From: Candidatus Sulfotelmatobacter sp. | GTDB lineage: Bacteria > Acidobacteriota > Terriglobia > Terriglobales > Acidobacteriaceae | Assembly (NCBI GenBank): GCA_025462865.1 | Contig: JAOAPI010000058.1 | Span: forward strand, 50,090 to 114,089 | Direction: 5' to 3' | Length of the DNA stretch: 64,000 nucleotides | Notes under the pieces: model-generated | Told to the model about the DNA's origin: nothing | Databases searched by the model: none | The model's input: only the letters and a program-made list of their open reading frames with translations | In this document: piece by piece, positions 62,713-64,000 of the stretch | Position numbering within the stretch: the first letter of the stretch is position 1 | How the letters are laid out: each line of letters starts with the position of its first letter | Made by a program: the position numbers and the translations under genes

Positions 62713-63978
62713 CTAACTCCTGCTACCCACTTCTTCTTTTTGGAGTTCTCTTGCCGCGTAGTGTGAATCAACATACTCATCGAGAATCCCGATGAACTCC
62801 GCGACGATGCGATCCCCTTTGAGCGTGGTGAACAGGCGTCCATCCACGTAGACCGGAGCCTTCGGTTCCTCGAACGTTCCCGGCAGCGAGATGCCGATGT
62901 TGGCGTGCTTCGATTCGCCGGGTCCGTTGACCACGCAGCCCATTACGGCGAGTTTCATTTCTTCAACTCCTACGTAGCGGCCCTTCCAGGCGGGCATCTG
63001 CTCGCGCAGGTAGGTCTGAATCTGCTGCGCCATTTCCTGGAAAAAAGTGCTGGTAGTGCGTCCGCAGCCGGGGCACGCGGTGACTTGCGGCGTGAAGCTC
63101 CGAATGCCCATGGATTGCAGGATCTGCTGCGCCACGCGGACTTCTTCTGTCCGGTCGCCGCCCGGTGCTGGAGTCAGCGAAACGCGGATCGTGTCTCCAA
63201 TGCCTTCCTGCAGCAAGACGCCCATGGCGGCACTGGATGCGACCACGCCCTTTGCGCCCATGCCGGCTTCGGTCAGACCAAGATGCAGCGGGTAGTTACA
63301 GCGCGGGGCGAGCGAGCGGTAGACATCGATCAAATCCTGCACGCCGCTGACTTTCGCGCTCAGGATGATCTGATCGGCGCGCAGGCCAAATTTCTGCGCC
63401 AGATCGGCAGAGGTCAGCGCGCTCACCACAATGGCTTCCATTGTGACTTCACGAGCATCCTTCGGCTCGGCAAGCAACGAATTCTCATCCATCATGCGAG
63501 TCAGCAGGGTCTGATCAAGCGATCCCCAATTCACGCCGATGCGAACCGGCTTCTGATACTTCACTGCCACTTCGATCATGGTGCGGAAATTCGAGTCGCC
63601 GGTGCGGCCAATGCTGGCGTTTCCGGGATTGATTCGATACTTGGCTAGATCCCTTGCGCACTCGGGATATTTTGTGAGCAAAACATGACCGTTGTAATGG
63701 AAATCGCCGATGATCGGCACGCGCACGCCCTGCTTGTCCAGTTCTTCGACAATCCGGGGAACCGCAGCAGCGGCTTCTTCATTGTTTACCGTGACGCGCA
63801 CCAGTTCTGATCCCGCGCGCGCGAGCGCAACGCACTGCTGCACGGTCGAAGGAATGTCCGCAGTATCGGTGTTGGTCATCGACTGCACCACTACCGGTGC
63901 ATCCGAGCCGACACGCACACCGCCGACGACTGCCGTAACGGTCTTTCTCCGCTGAATACCGCGTGGAATTATAGCCAT
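62713..63978 (-). CDS. ispG: 4-hydroxy-3-methylbut-2-en-1-yl diphosphate synthase
   Basis: 421 aa with GcpE-type sequence including CPGCGRT and the C-terminal Cys/Glu cluster region. Confidence 0.9.
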   Translation of the reverse strand: MAIIPRGIQRRKTVTAVVGGVRVGSDAPVVVQSMTNTDTADIPSTVQQCVALARAGSELVRVTVNNEEAAAAVPRIVEELDKQGVRVPIIGDFHYNGHVLLTKYPECARDLAKYRINPGNASIGRTGDSNFRTMIEVAVKYQKPVRIGVNWGSLDQTLLTRMMDENSLLAEPKDAREVTMEAIVVSALTSADLAQKFGLRADQIILSAKVSGVQDLIDVYRSLAPRCNYPLHLGLTEAGMGAKGVVASSAAMGVLLQEGIGDTIRVSLTPAPGGDRTEEVRVAQQILQSMGIRSFTPQVTACPGCGRTTSTFFQEMAQQIQTYLREQMPAWKGRYVGVEEMKLAVMGCVVNGPGESKHANIGISLPGTFEEPKAPVYVDGRLFTTLKGDRIVAEFIGILDEYVDSHYAARELQKEEVGSRS

Positions 63979-64000
63979 GGGAATCCTTATTTTAGCATGC

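Noticed and set aside
1-64000. Mobile genetic element boundaries (integrase, transposase, att or tRNA targets) around the low-GC genes
   Set aside because: No integrase, transposase or phage gene is present, and I found no direct-repeat pair flanking the HNH, BNR or lipoprotein islets. They are reported as compositional islets only.

Overview
Dense, GC-rich bacterial chromosomal segment: roughly nine-tenths coding and about 58-60% GC by eye. I call about 65 protein genes. I found no rRNA, tRNA, CRISPR array, transposase or integrase.

Gene content in order:
- methylmalonyl-pathway genes (acyl-CoA dehydrogenase, meaB, mce)
- t6A genes (tsaB, rimI, later tsaC)
- psd-pssA, lptE-holA, rpsT, phoH-ybeY-corC-era
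- an NtrY/NtrX-like two-component pair and a GH10 xylanase
- a type IV pilus block pilB-pilT-pilC-pilS-pilR with no pilin gene
- a periplasmic efflux adaptor (MFP), DUF4097 and DUF62 run, and a second CNNM/CorC paralog
- a dppB...dppC permease pair separated by a 4.1-kb insertion
- an XRE-nfeD-DUF1648-flotillin-pspA membrane module
- lpxD, lnt and prfB (prfB with the classical programmed +1 frameshift), rarA, ku, ispG

The gene set and small repeat types are reminiscent of soil Acidobacteriota-like genomes. Taxonomy cannot be established without a database search.

The most unusual signal is not a gene. It is a family of heptamer-periodic, stop-codon-rich arrays in at least six intergenic regions; three (14.4, 29.7 and 31.6 kb) contain inverted, mutually complementary arms.
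- Locations: 8.5, 14.4, 29.7, 31.6, 35.7 and 45.2 kb.
- The 29.8-kb copy contains a perfect (GCTAGAA)x8 array.
- The arrays start at or next to stop codons. Their period of 7 places TAG/TAA/TGA in all three frames.

Other points of interest:
- a low-GC SRA-like/HNH putative modification-dependent nuclease with an orphan antitoxin, between holA and rpsT
- several genes with apparent single-base frame lesions or no canonical start: a SnoaL-like gene, a PhnB-like glyoxalase, and GH10. These are either real decay or homopolymer sequencing errors.
- a Tat-signal PLP enzyme, a twin zinc-ribbon protein, and an unlisted 47-aa membrane ORF
- a 24-nt x5 tandem repeat

All functional calls rest on my reading of the translated ORFs and motifs. 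No searches were run.
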